A stretch of DNA of 64,000 bases from Chiloscyllium plagiosum (taxonomy: Eukaryota). The translations under genes were made by a program, and so were the position numbers. This document shows positions 1 through 12,500 of this stretch, piece after piece. The stretch is from positions 6,073,988 to 6,137,987 of the forward strand of contig NC_057718.1 of assembly GCF_004010195.1 (NCBI RefSeq), written 5' to 3'. The notes under the pieces were generated by a model. The model saw only the letters and a list, made by a program, of their open reading frames with translations. It did no database searches and was not told where the DNA came from. The first letter of the stretch is position 1; every line of letters starts with the position of its first letter.

Positions 1-908
1 GCTGCCTGTACTTGAATTATTAAAGAGGCATTGACAATAGACTGCCTGTATTTAAAGTAATAAAGAGACATTGACAATAGGCTAGCTGTACTTAAATTAA
101 TAAGGAAGCATTGGCAAAATGCTGCCTGTACTTAAATTAATAAAGAGGCGTTGACAGTAGGCTGCCGCTGCCTGTACTTAAATTAATTAAGAAGCATTGA
201 CGACAGTCTGCCTGTGCTTAAATTAATAAGGAAGCATTGGCAAAATGCTGCCTGTACTTAAATTAATAAAGAGGCGTTGACAGTAGGCTGCCGCTGCCTG
301 TACTTAAATTAATTAAGAAGCATTGGCAATAGGCTGCCTGTACTTAAATTAATAAAGAGGCATTGACAATAGGCTGCCTGTACTTAAATTAATAAAGAGG
401 TGTTGACAAGATGCTGCCTGTAACTAAATTAATAAAGAGGGATTGATAATAGACTGCCTGTACTTGAATTATTAAAGCGGCATTGACAATAGACTGCCTG
501 TAATTAAAGTAATAAAGAGATATTGACAATAGGCTGCCTGTACTTGAATTATTAAAGAGGTGTTGACAATAAGCTGCCTCTAATTAAATTAATTAAGAGG
601 CATTGACAATAGGCTGCCTGTACTTAAATTAATAAAGAGGTGTTGACAAGATGCTGCCTGTAACTAAATTAATAAAGAGACATTGATAATAGACTGCCTG
701 TACTTGAATTATTAAAGAGGCATTGACAATAGACTGCATGTACTTGAATTATTAAAGAGGTGTTGACAATAAGCTGCCTGTACTTAAATTAATAAAGAGG
801 TGTTGACAATAAGCTGCCTGTACTTAAATTAATAAAGAGGTGTTGACAAGATGCTGCCTGTACTTGAATTATTAAAGAGACATTGACAATAAGCTGCCTG
901 TACTTAAA
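1..908. repeat. Minisatellite, 40-bp unit (gctgcctgtacttaaattaataaagaggcattgacaatag), ~22 copies, runs off the window start
   Basis: Direct tandem repeats visible; two units are 46 bp because of a gctgcc duplication. Confidence 0.97.
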
Positions 909-1329
909 GCTTATCAAGCATGAGAACTGGTGGAGATGTATGTACTGTTACTGAACAAGATGAGAGTCAAAATTGCAGAGGCACAGTCCATAATTTTCCA
1001 GGTTTCTCTATGATGAAAGATGACTTTGAAGACTAAATTTCAAATGTTACACCATTCTTCAGAAATATGAAGAGAAGACTAGCAACTACAGTCCAGTTTG
1101 TTTAACCCTGGTAATAGGCAGACTTTTAAAAACAATAATTTGGGATAATATTAATAGTCACATGGGTTAACTTAAAAAAGCAGAACAAATTTGTTAAGGC
1201 AAATTGAGTAGCTTGCTTGAGTTTCTTGAGGAGGTAACAGGGTTTGTGAGGGTAATGCTTTGATGTGGTCTCCATGGTCTACCTAGAAATGTTTGATAGA
1301 GTGACACACAATGGACTAGAGTGCAATCA

Positions 1330-1535
1330 CAGTAAAGTCACCAGAGTCCCATTTTCTTATTAGGGAGAGAGAACTAGTGGTGAGCTTCATCTGAGGGGCA
1401 ACCATGTCTCAGGCAAGAAAGTGGTTGAGAACACAATACCTTCATGGTAACCTCAGTTGGTGCAGGAATTGAACCCATGCTATTAGTATCAGCCTGCATC
1501 ACAAATCCAGCCAACTGAGTTTACCAAGTCCCATT
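1330..1535 (-). mobile_element. tRNA-derived SINE, second family (related copies at 48200-48355 and 55660-55840)
   Basis: A/B-box-like head (actcagttgg...gggttcaattcc) and shared ttgcctgag...cctcag body. Confidence 0.55.
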
Positions 1536-1555
1536 CAGTGCAACAGCATGGAATA

Positions 1556-1686
1556 GGAGAAAGTGAGGACTGCAGATGCTGGGGATCAGAGCTTGAAAAT
1601 GTGTTGCTGGAAAAGCGCAGCAGGTCAGGCAGCATCAAAGGAACAGGAGAATCGACATTTCGGGCATAAGCTCTTCTTCAGGAATG
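1556..1686 (-). mobile_element. Penelope-derived terminal fragment with degenerate hammerhead motif
   Basis: Same terminus as the PLE at 35817; flanked by the direct repeat atggaatag. Confidence 0.7.
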
Positions 1687-4092
1687 GAATAGACGAGTTC
1701 GATATTATAGAGAAATGCAGGCAGAGTAGCAACTTAGATATAATATTGGCTGACTGACAGGAGCTAGACATAGTGGTGAATGGTTATTTTGCAGTGTGAA
1801 GGAAAGTTTCTAGTGCAGTTTCCAGGGATCAGTGATAGGACTCCTACTCCTCCTGATATCTATTCATGACCTACATCGTGTTCTGCAGGACAAACGTCTA
1901 AAATTTACAGATGATACAAAACATGTGAAACATGAGGAGAATATTATAAAACTTCATGAGAAAGAAAGATATATTAGTTAAATGGTCATACAAGTGGAAA
2001 ATGCAATTTAATGCAGCAAGTGTGAAGCAATTCATTTTTGTAGAAAGAGCACGGCGACACGATGCTAAATACAAGATGCAGTTCTAGAGGTGAAGCTGGT
2101 GCAGAAGCACTTGAGTATATACTTATACAATTTATTGAAGGTGGGAGGATAGACTGAAAGGACAATAACTAAACCTCTCAACATCCTAGGCTTTAGCAGT
2201 AGGGATACACAGTATAAAGCAAAGAAGTTATATTAAACCTGTGTAAGACACTAGAGACATAGTGTCAGAGAAGTTAAATCATACAGTGAAGTTTAGAGAG
2301 GGGATGCAGAAACAATTCATGAGAATGATTCCAGGGATGAGGAAGTTTAGTTATGTGGACAGATTGGAGAAATTGAGAATTTTCTACCTGGAAAGGAGAA
2401 GTTTGAAAGGAGATTTAACTGAGGTGTTCAAAATCAAGAAGGTCTGTAACATGACAAACCGCTCCTATCCATGGAAAGTTGAGAACAAGAGAGCAGAAAT
2501 TCAAGGAGCAATTATGAAAGGCGAAACTATTTCAGAGAGTGAGTGGTTAGCATCTAGAATGCACTGCCTGATGAAAAAAAAGATGACTGACACAGGGTCA
2601 CTTGACACTTTCAAAAGGATCATTCTCCTAAAACAAATACAGGATGGCAGGGGAAAGACCGGGGCATTCTAATCAGTGAATTTCTCCTTCAGAACAATAG
2701 TACAGACACAACAGGCTGATGCCCTTCCTCTGTACTGTAACCATTCTATGATACGGATAGGTATAAGACAATCAGCCTCTGGATACAGTTAAGATTAAAG
2801 TCTAAAGCTTCAGGCTGTAGAAGTATAAAGGTCTTTCACATGTGTCTTTCAAGGTAAGCTAATCTTGTTTGGTTTAGTTTCTAGCAATTAGGTTCTTTCC
2901 TCAGTATACATGAAATGATTAGCTAAATTATGGATTGCGGAAGCTGGCAATTGTATTGGGACATTTACAGTTACGCAAACTTGGAAAGGGTTTTCTATCT
3001 GAGGCTGGTCCGTTGCCATGACATTCATTCGAGTATTGCAGTGCCAATAGATCTTGTCTTACTCAAGACTTGATGCCAATGGAGTTGTGCCATGGATAAA
3101 GTAGCAGATTGTTGAGAGATTAATTGGAACTGAGGAATAGAAAATGCAATAGCTACACCACATTCTGCCTTGCACATTTATTAAAGCATGTTTCTTTTGC
3201 TATTCATGAATACAATTACCATAAACTGGTGTAACATCTATCACAAAGTCAAATCTTGATGTTTTAAAACTTATTTATTCAATTTCATCCATCTGCACAG
3301 TGTCATTTGGTGACACTGATGGAGACCTTTGTTACAATGACTTTGGTTGACCAAAGGTAAAATTTACATCTGGAGAAATGTATAACAGGGCACTTGGGAG
3401 TAATAGGGAATTAATGAGGTCTCTCTATTATCTCTTCTCTGGCATCTAGCTCATCGACAAAGCATTTCCTTGCTCGTCAAAGAACTAAACTCATTTTTCT
3501 TCTGAATGTGTCTTTATACATGTAACCATCAAGTTGCTCAAAAAGCAGGGCAAATTTATTTGATGCAGAAAAACATCCCTTGGCATTGCAATGTTCCTAA
3601 TTTCTTCACAAGGTTCTGTAGTCTGCCCTAAGTCAACAGATGTGGACCTGAAATCCCTTCATCTCTTATCACATGTGGAACTCTGTGACATTGGACAGCA
3701 CCTATGGCCTGGCATAGATGGCAAGAAACATTTTGAAACTAGTTACTTGTATTCATTGTTTTATTATCAGAAGCAACTAATTTCATATTATCAACAATTT
3801 GACAATGCTAACCAGGGTCCAAGTGACCGTCACTGGATGGTCAACTAATGAAATGATTTACCACTACCAAAGAAGGAAACTGACTGACCAAACCAGAGGG
3901 TTTTTGGAATTCCTTTCCTTAAAAGGAAGGGCATACAGAATATTAAAAATATTTTTAATGCAAAATTAGATCGAATCTTGATTACCAAGGGGATGAAACA
4001 TCATCGGGATATGTAGGAATGTAGATGGAGGTTAAAATCTTAGTGAATAATAGAGCAAGCTTGAGGACTAGTTAACTGGTTGTGAATTCTCA

Positions 4093-4380
4093 AACTAGGG
4101 GCCATAATCTGAGAATTAGAGCCAGACCAATCAGGAGAGACATTAGAAAGCACTTCGACTCACAAAGTGTGGTAGATCTGCAACTCTCTTCCACAAGTGG
4201 CAGTGGATGGTGGGTCAATTGTTAAGTTTAGATCTGCAATAGATATTTTTTTGTTGAGCAAAGGTATTAAGGGATATGGGAAAAAAACAGGTATATGGAG
4301 TTAGGTCACAGATAAGGCCTGATCTCATTGAATGGCTGACAGGCTTGAGGGGCTGAATGGCCTACTTCTGTTCTTATGCT
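4093..4380 (+). mobile_element. CR1 LINE 3' fragment
   Basis: actaggggccataatctgagaattaga...gggctgaatggcctact tail shared with other CR1 copies. Confidence 0.7.
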
Positions 4381-5933
4381 TCTCCAATGGCACAGCAGGC
4401 TCAAGGGCTATATGGACAACTCTTGTTGCTAGTTGATATGTTCGTTATAGTCCAGTCACCTTTTGGTCACTGCAATGCCGCATGAGAAATGAAGCTATTG
4501 AGAAATTTATACAAGTAATTTTACATTTATACAAGTTTCAGATAACACTGTACACTATCACATTTTGATTCATTAAACAGTAAGCCTTTCATGAAAAGTT
4601 AACATTGTAATTTTTCTTGGAGGTGGAAAATTAGCCTTGATATTGCAGATTATCCACCTGTTGAATCTCTTCTATTTTAAACGTCACAAGACTGATACTG
4701 TTAAAAATCACATATGTTACAGATGATAGCTGATAGCATTCCTTGTTTGAGAAAAGCAGACCTAATCTATGGAATGCTTTGATAACTCCTAAACAGCAAA
4801 GATGCCTGGAAATGTAATACGACTCACACCAGAAGTCAGGACTTCACAACAACATATTCTTTGTTAAAGAGATTCTTCACTGGTGACGCAAACTAACCAC
4901 TTAGCACTTAAGGGAAGAATACATGCAATGGAGACCCAGATCTACTGGTCAACAGTCATCTCCTGAGAACGGTCATCTTCCCCTCTCATTCCAATACTAT
5001 TTAGTGTTTGATCCCCCCGTCTCCCACCCTGACAATGTTTAGCACCCTCAATGTTTAGCTCTCTCTCATTTCCCCACTTCACAAATATTTTTAATTGCTC
5101 CCCTCCAACATGGCTTTCCTCACTTTACTGATTCTTCTGACATTGGCCAGATAGGAGCTGGGAAAGGAGTGTACGATGGGATAAGCTGTCTGGAGAGGCT
5201 GGGGGGTGAACAGGATGGTTGTTGAAGCACATCTCGAACTATTTTGACATGCCAGCTGATTTACTTCCTCTGGGTTTAATACAGACATGGGAGTTTAATG
5301 TGGATAGCTCTAAGTAAATCATGTAGAAAGCCAAGCTGAGTATAGAACAAACAACTAACGACTCCATCATCTGGCCAACCAATCCTACTGCCATCAGAAG
5401 CGTTGATCAATCTGGGCTGAGTCAAATCAGAAATTTAAGTTGTTCATGTAAGTATCAAAGCCGACCAGCAATGAAAGCTGATTTAGAGGCTTCTCCCTAT
5501 ATCAGATGTTTTGGGACTTTGTTTCATGTGTAGAATCTCCCAAATCTCTGATCAATAGCACATTAACGTACAAGGGTACCTTAATGGTGTACTAACCATT
5601 CAGGGGGTAATCTCCATCCTAGCCACATAACCTGGTGACCTGGCAATTTATCCCAATTCCATTATTATTAGTGAGTCAAACTCCTGGAACACCTTACCTC
5701 ACAACATTTTGGAAATAGCTTCACAACAGGAATGTCAACTGTTCAAGGTAGAAGGCTCATCACCTGCATCTCGAGAGCATTAAAAGATAGGCAGTAAATG
5801 CTAGTCTGACTAGCAATGCCCAACCGTGAAGTAAGTTTTATACATGGGCAAAGATAATTCCCAAATAAACATTCCAGATCCCTCTTGGCTCACTTTTGAA
5901 ATTCTGATCCCTATATTATTTTAAAACTGGAAA

Positions 5934-5968
5934 TGTGTGTGTGTGTGTGTGTGTGGGGGGGGGGGGGG
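5934..5968. repeat. (GT)n microsatellite followed by poly-G
   Basis: Seen directly. Confidence 0.9.
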
Positions 5969-6495
5969 AGAGACACATTAATGTAATGTGTTTTCATCTT
6001 GACAAATCAGCCATGAGTTTGGGATTTGACAGTCACTGAATGCTTACTGGTCCAAAGCAAATGTATCTTATTTGAATTGAGTGAGATAAGCCAAAATTTG
6101 AAAATTTCAATGGTTAATACAAGTACTTTGTGTCTAATTATGTCTTTTTTAAAACAACATTTAAAACTAGCTGTTCGAAAGGAGAGGGAAGAATAAAATA
6201 AATATTATATATTATATGCCTTACAATTGAAGGACCACCATGAGAATTGTAATACAACTCTGGGAATGGTCCTGTTGTTCATTCTTGAAATTAAGGAAAG
6301 CAAACAGGATGACAATATTGGTGCAGTAGTTTAAGGCACATTCACTACATAGTTTCTCTCTCTCTCTCTCTCTCTTGAAGATTGACAGTTTTTTGATTAA
6401 CGTGTAATAATTCTGAACTGTTTTCAACTATATACTCTAACAGAAATGGGTGGGGGTGGGAAATAAGGGATGGAAAAGAAAGCAGTTAGACTCAC

Positions 6496-6591
6496 TGGTT
6501 CTCCTGGAAGTGAGAGCCCATTCGCACCCTGAGGGCCAGGAAGACCTTGTGCACCTGGTGGTCCGATATCACCACGTGGACCTGCTGGACC
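6496..6591 (-). CDS. COL12A1-like: Collagen exon: triple helix with RGD and one imperfection ([32 protein letters not shown])
   Basis: ttttgcag acceptor, gtgagt donor, 96 nt, phase 0-0. Confidence 0.95.
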
Positions 6592-9500
6592 CTGCAAAAC
6601 AGCAATGAGGAGGTTTCTCGGTGAGCTTTCTGCATGACAAAAGGAAAACAGTATGTAGCTGTGACTGCAGTCATCTGCAGCCGTCATGTAAATCTGGACA
6701 TTGCTCCAAACCAAATATGCATAAATTTTATCCGAATATTGACTTACACACCCCGATGGCTTTGTTGGTAATTACATCAATCAGCATGTAATTGAACCAC
6801 TACACAGGGCAAGTTAAATCTCTGCTAACTGACCTGTTATAAGGTGACAAATGCTACAATTACTTATACAGCAAAGCCTGAAAGAAATCAATGAAACAAT
6901 GTCCCTGTAATCCTGAGAGATGCCGATTGACTGAGTACTGCTATGAGATGTTGTGGTCCACCTGCAAGCTTAGCAAACTCGGCCTCAACTTAACTTATCA
7001 TCTGGTGTTTGACTCCTACAACACTCTCTCAATACTGTATCAGTACCAGCTTGGATTAAGAGTCTACATTCAACCTACAAGACTGATACTCACTGAATAA
7101 TAGCTCAGGTGAAAGACATTTCCGCTTAGTAGAGGTGACAATGACGAAGGGGCACAGTCTTAAGATAGGTTTAGAGGGGATGTGAAGAAAACCAATTTTT
7201 TTTAAGCCAGAGGGAGGTGTGTATCTGGAATTCCTGTCTCAAAAGGTTGTACAGATGGGGGTCTTAAAGACATTTCAGAGTTATTTCAATGAACACTTGA
7301 AATGCCACAGCGTACCAGGTAATGGGCCAAGTGTTGCATAATGGAATTGGAATAGATAGACCGCTTGATGACCAGCATGGATAGAATGGGTCAAAGGGCC
7401 TTGGTCTGTGCAGTAAAACTTTATAACTCTATGTCCTAAGGGTGGCAGGAAGGGAGGTATTAACCAGTGATCCCATTTGTGTTGCTGTCTGTTGGTCCAT
7501 GATGGAAGGTATAATATATATACACGGTATCAGTTAAGGGTGAAATTGAGCTGGATTGAGAATAGACCCCATTGAAGAAGAGCCTGATAACACTCCCAGC
7601 CATTGCATCATGGGTTTGCTGGCAGCACTAGGCCTGAATAGCAGAATCAATTAACAGAAAGGAAGATACTCACAGGTGGTCCATGTTGACCTCTTTCTCC
7701 TCTTGGACCTTTGCTACCACTTTGACCCTGTCAATGGAGAAAAACCACAGAGAAGGCAAAATAAGCACAGCTTGCATTCAATACACATTGATTCCCTCCA
7801 ACACTGAACGCTCCCCCCCCCCGCCACCCCGCCCCAGGCTTGTAAAATAATCAAGCGGAGAAGGAAATGTCTGAGATTGTCTTGTTTGGATACGTTGGGT
7901 GGCTGAGTGAGTTTCATTACACATGGACACAATTAGTAAATTATACACATTCATGCATAAAAAAACCTGGCTCAGCATTTTCCCTTATTTCTACATTAGG
8001 TAATTCATAATTGTTCAACACAATCCTTTCATTTTCGTTTCAATTTAAGCTACATGCACAGCGTATTTCTCTCTCTCTCTCTCTCTCTCTCCAAGACCAA
8101 GAGCTTTCTTGCTAGCATTTCAAGTACCATCAGTACTGATGCACCCTGCAATGATTACCCTTTTGCCACAATATCTTATTCTCTCTCTCCCTCTCCGTCT
8201 TTCCTGTTAGCTCGATGGATTACGTGAACTGCTTTCTAAGCCAGGAAATGAAAATGAATGAGGCATTTCCTTACAGAAGGTCCAGGAGGTCCAGGGGGCC
8301 CAATGCTGTCCTGAGCACACGTGCAGGCGTGTGGAAGAGCTGGACACTTTGCTTCGTCTCTCTGAAGTCACAGAAAACACGCGATTTCATCAGATAATGA
8401 AGTAAATCATTACAGGAAGAAAACCAATACAAAACAAAGTCATCCTCTATGTATGGCCATTGATGTAAAAAGCTATGAAGCCAAATAGACAGCATTTTAA
8501 AAGAAAATCAAATAAAGCAGAGGCATCTTTTATGTGGAAGTCTACTTTGGCATTTAGGAGAAAGTGAGGACTGCATATGCTGGAGATCAGAGCTGAAAAT
8601 GTGTTGCTGGAAAAGCGCAGCAGGTCAGGCAGCATCCAAGGAGCAGGAGAATTGACGTTTCGGGCATTAGCATCATTCCTGAAGAAGGGCTTATGCCCAA
8701 AACGTGATTCTCCTGCTCCTTGGATGCTGCCTGACCTGCTGCGCTTTTCCAGCAACACATTTTCTACTTTGGCATTTATTCAACTTTAACTGATATTCTG
8801 TATTGTTATTTTTATTTGCATGCATCTTTGTTGGGAAGTTAAGGGCTTCTAAGAGCAGTAACAAAAATAGTTTCCTGCCAAATATCAGGTACAATACTTG
8901 GCATAGTTTTTTTTAGATTAGATTACTTACAGTGTGGAAACAGGCCCTTCGGCCCAACAAGTCCACACCGACCTGCCGAAGCGCCACCCACCTATACCCC
9001 TACATTTACCCCTTTAACCTAACACTACGGGCAATTTAGCATTGCCAATTTACCTGACCCTGCACATCTTTGTGACTGTGGGAGGAAACCGGAGCACCTG
9101 GAGGAAACCCACGCAGACACGGGGAGAATGTGCAAACTCCACACAGTCAGTCGCCTGAGTCGGGAATTGAACCCGGGTCTCTGGCGCTGTGAGGCAGCAG
9201 TGCTAACCACTGTGCCACCGTGCCGCCCACCAGTTCCTCAGTCTGTAAATAAAACATGACCATGAAATACCATTTGATGAGTGTTGCCATTCCATGTAAA
9301 AATATAGAATCCATCTGTTTCTCCACACCAAGTGATGCTTCCCTGGGACACCAGGATGATACAACCTGCCATCTTTCAAAACCAAAATTTGGTGCAATTT
9401 CACTTTGATTCTCAGAAGATTGAAAAATATAGAAATGTACCCATAACAAATTTGGAGGTGGCAGAATGCAGACAGGTAGATGGATATGTTCCCCGTGTCA

Positions 9501-12500
9501 CTGAATATTACTTGCACCAAAGATATTAGGAGTTTTGCACCAATTTGGAAATGTTCATGATCACCTATTTCTGGTGATAAAGTACAATGAATCTTGTACT
9601 AATCATTGGGAAGCTTTCCATTACCTCAGTTATTTTGAGACTAAATTTTACTGAGTGAAGCACAGCAAGTGGAAATAAAGTGCCTTTATGACACCAACTG
9701 AATGTGAGTAATCAACCCTACCTCTCCTGTAATGTTAATAAAGTCACAATGACTCAAGTGTGCATTGGATGCGGTTTTGCCAACTCCAGCTGTATGTTAT
9801 CCTGGAGGTGTCATCACTTGAACTCAAAGTCAGCCCTACCTCTGTCACGCTCCTGAAATTGATCCATCACCCAGGGATACGGCATGCCCACTTAAGTTTG
9901 GGAGACTCACTGTTATCCAATTGGGCTGATATTTGGTGTTGATGAAGCAGCCCTTGTTGCCTTTTCCAATTAATGAGTGCATTTACTAGGGTTGGCTTAT
10001 GAGGACAGACTGAGTAGACTGGGATTATATTTATTGGAATTTAGAAGAATGCGGGAGGATCTTATAGAACCATATAAAATTATGAAGTCAATAGAAAAGA
10101 GAGAAGCAGAGAGGATGTTTACACTGGCCGGTGAAACTAGGACAAGAGGGCACAGCCTCAAGATTAGGGGGAGCAGATTTAGGACTGAACTGAGAAGGAA
10201 CGTCTTCACCCAGAGGGTTGTGAATCTATGGAATTCTCTGCCCAGTGAAGGAGTTGAGGCTTCCTCAGTAAATGCTTTCAAAGCTAAGAAAGATAATTTT
10301 TTGAACAGTAAAGGAATTAAGGATTACAATGAGAGGGTGGGGAAGTGAAGCTGAGGCCATGAAAAGATCAGCCATGATCTTATTGAATGGGGGAGCAGGC
10401 TCGAGGGACCAGATCGCCTACTCCTGCTCCCAGTTCTTATGTTTTCATTCTGAAAGAATTCTGCAGTGCTTGGAACAAGGGCCAGGGACATCTCATTAGC
10501 TATGAATTCCCTGATTGGGGTTTTTAACCTGGCCCAAACAGAGAGCCCTGGCTGACAGATATTAATCAGGAGATTCATAGATTCTCCTCATGCTAGGAGC
10601 TGGCTCTGAACTGATTGGTCAGAGCCCATGTACTGTGCATGTGTAAATAAAGGGTTTCTTGTGACAGGATACTGGCTTCTGTGCAGTTATTTCAGAAACA
10701 CAAAATTGTTTTGCTTTCCCGACACTTTTTTTGCAACAGAAATACCTCCTCAGTTAATGAAAAACAGGCACCTCTGACAATTCAAGGAAAACACAAACGG
10801 GCCAAAACACTGGCGTCTGTCACCTACTGACAGGTGGATACTTGCCATGGAAGGAAGATCGCAGCATTTGTCTCTCATAACCCAACCTAGGCTGCAGATG
10901 ATGTCGAAGCTTTGAATTTCAAACTGTAATCAAAAGAGAAAAAAAAACATTGAAGCAAATCAACAGATGTTGTGGCAATTAGCCTGAATGTCCCTTGGTC
11001 TTGCCAATGGTCTTCACTCAAACCAATGTGCTCCATTTATTCCTTTCTAATGAAATGTTCATCAACTCGCAAAGCTATACCCTTTGGTTTTCTTCTCTCT
11101 CCTGCCTGTACAGATACAGTTGGAACTTTGGAGTGCCTATAGCATCTTCAAGTGTGTTACAGATTTCCAACATCAGTAGCACTTTGTTCTGTATTCCCTT
11201 CTGTCTTCAATGCTTTTATTTTGCCTAATGCTTTTTCACTAGCTGATTGGAGTTTTTTGCCCAATGATTTTCATCTCTTGACATTCTTTTATTTTTCCAT
11301 GCACTGCTGCAATGGCAGTCAGTACAACTATCACTCTAGTCTTTCTTTGTTCCATTGTTTTTAATCTCGTTTAAGCCTCACAGTTATTCCAGTTCTGAGC
11401 TTGACAAATAGCGTAATTGTCTATAGCAACAACTCAACACTGGGATATGCCCTGCATTACCAGAATTCTCTGTTCCTCACCTTAAATTCTCCAGATATTC
11501 CAATTATTGAAAATGGCCCATTAGACCAATTAATATTCAACAAAATGTTTCACTCAATGTTTCTGTTGAATAAATTGTTCATGGATAGGAAAGTTATTTA
11601 TAATTGCTATTGGACTGCAATGATTTTACCCCAGTTTTGTGCTCTCCTTTTATTCAAACCCATGAGAAGGTGCACCTTAAATACTGGAGCTTGACACAAG
11701 CTATTCATTGAGGCAGAAGTATCTGGTCCACAAGAGATTAGATAAAAGGCAGAAAAACACTGGAAACCCGACAGCCAGGTAAACATTTGCAATGATGTCC
11801 TCCAACCTTGGAAGGTGGGGAAGTTCCGGGAAACCTATCTGCGTACATTTGCAACTCATCGCAAGCCCAATTCACCAGAATCAGGTTCCCAATATAGTTC
11901 ATTCCAACTATATTCAGAGACCTAGCTACATGCATCTGGCAAGTTAACCTTTTTCCAGGACCTTGGCGTGAGTTCAGAGCAAGCAATGCACCGTTAAGGT
12001 ATGTGAATGGTTGAGTTGCAGTGTACGTTTCCCCAAGTGGAGCAAAGGTAGCATAGGGGAGGAGGGTCTGTTGGGAAAGGAGAAGAACTGACCCAGGAAG
12101 CATTGGGGTCATGTCTTCTCTTTGCTGACAGGATGCCCAATCACCCCATGATGTGTGAGTGGGTTGTCAACATTCTGCATGCCCTATTGCAAGACTTGCC
12201 AGGATCCTCATGTGTGCATGAGTATAATAGGCTAAGGATCGTGAGATTGCACATGAACATGCACTCTGCTCCTGGTTTGGAGTTTCACTCGCTTCTGCAC
12301 CCATCTCCAACCTGATGCTCCAAGCCTGAAAATTATGCCCAAAGTCTATTCGCAAAGTTACATCTTTAAATGGAGCACAGACCATTGGCCTACAATTGTG
12401 GATGAGGCCTTGATCAGAATCAAATTCAGCATTGTAAAACACTATCCCATAAAATGGGAACCCATTCCTCTATACCCATGATACCAGAGATTGGCGGACA

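Larger units (their letters stand above)
909..2760 (+). mobile_element. Old degenerate CR1-type LINE (ORF2 RT region to 3' end), interrupted by younger inserts
   Basis: Decayed CR1 ORF2 motifs (NVTPF, FTDDTK, RMIPGMRKFSYVDRLEKL..LERRSLKGDLTEVFKI) and ...ccattctatga tail. Confidence 0.8.

Noticed and set aside
1..908. CRISPR array
   Set aside because: Contiguous tandem units with no unique spacers, no cas genes, and a eukaryotic intron context.
910..6490. Further Gly-X-Y collagen exons
   Set aside because: I found no minus-strand Gly-X-Y run with splice sites by eye. The next exon probably lies before position 1, though a short exon could have been missed.
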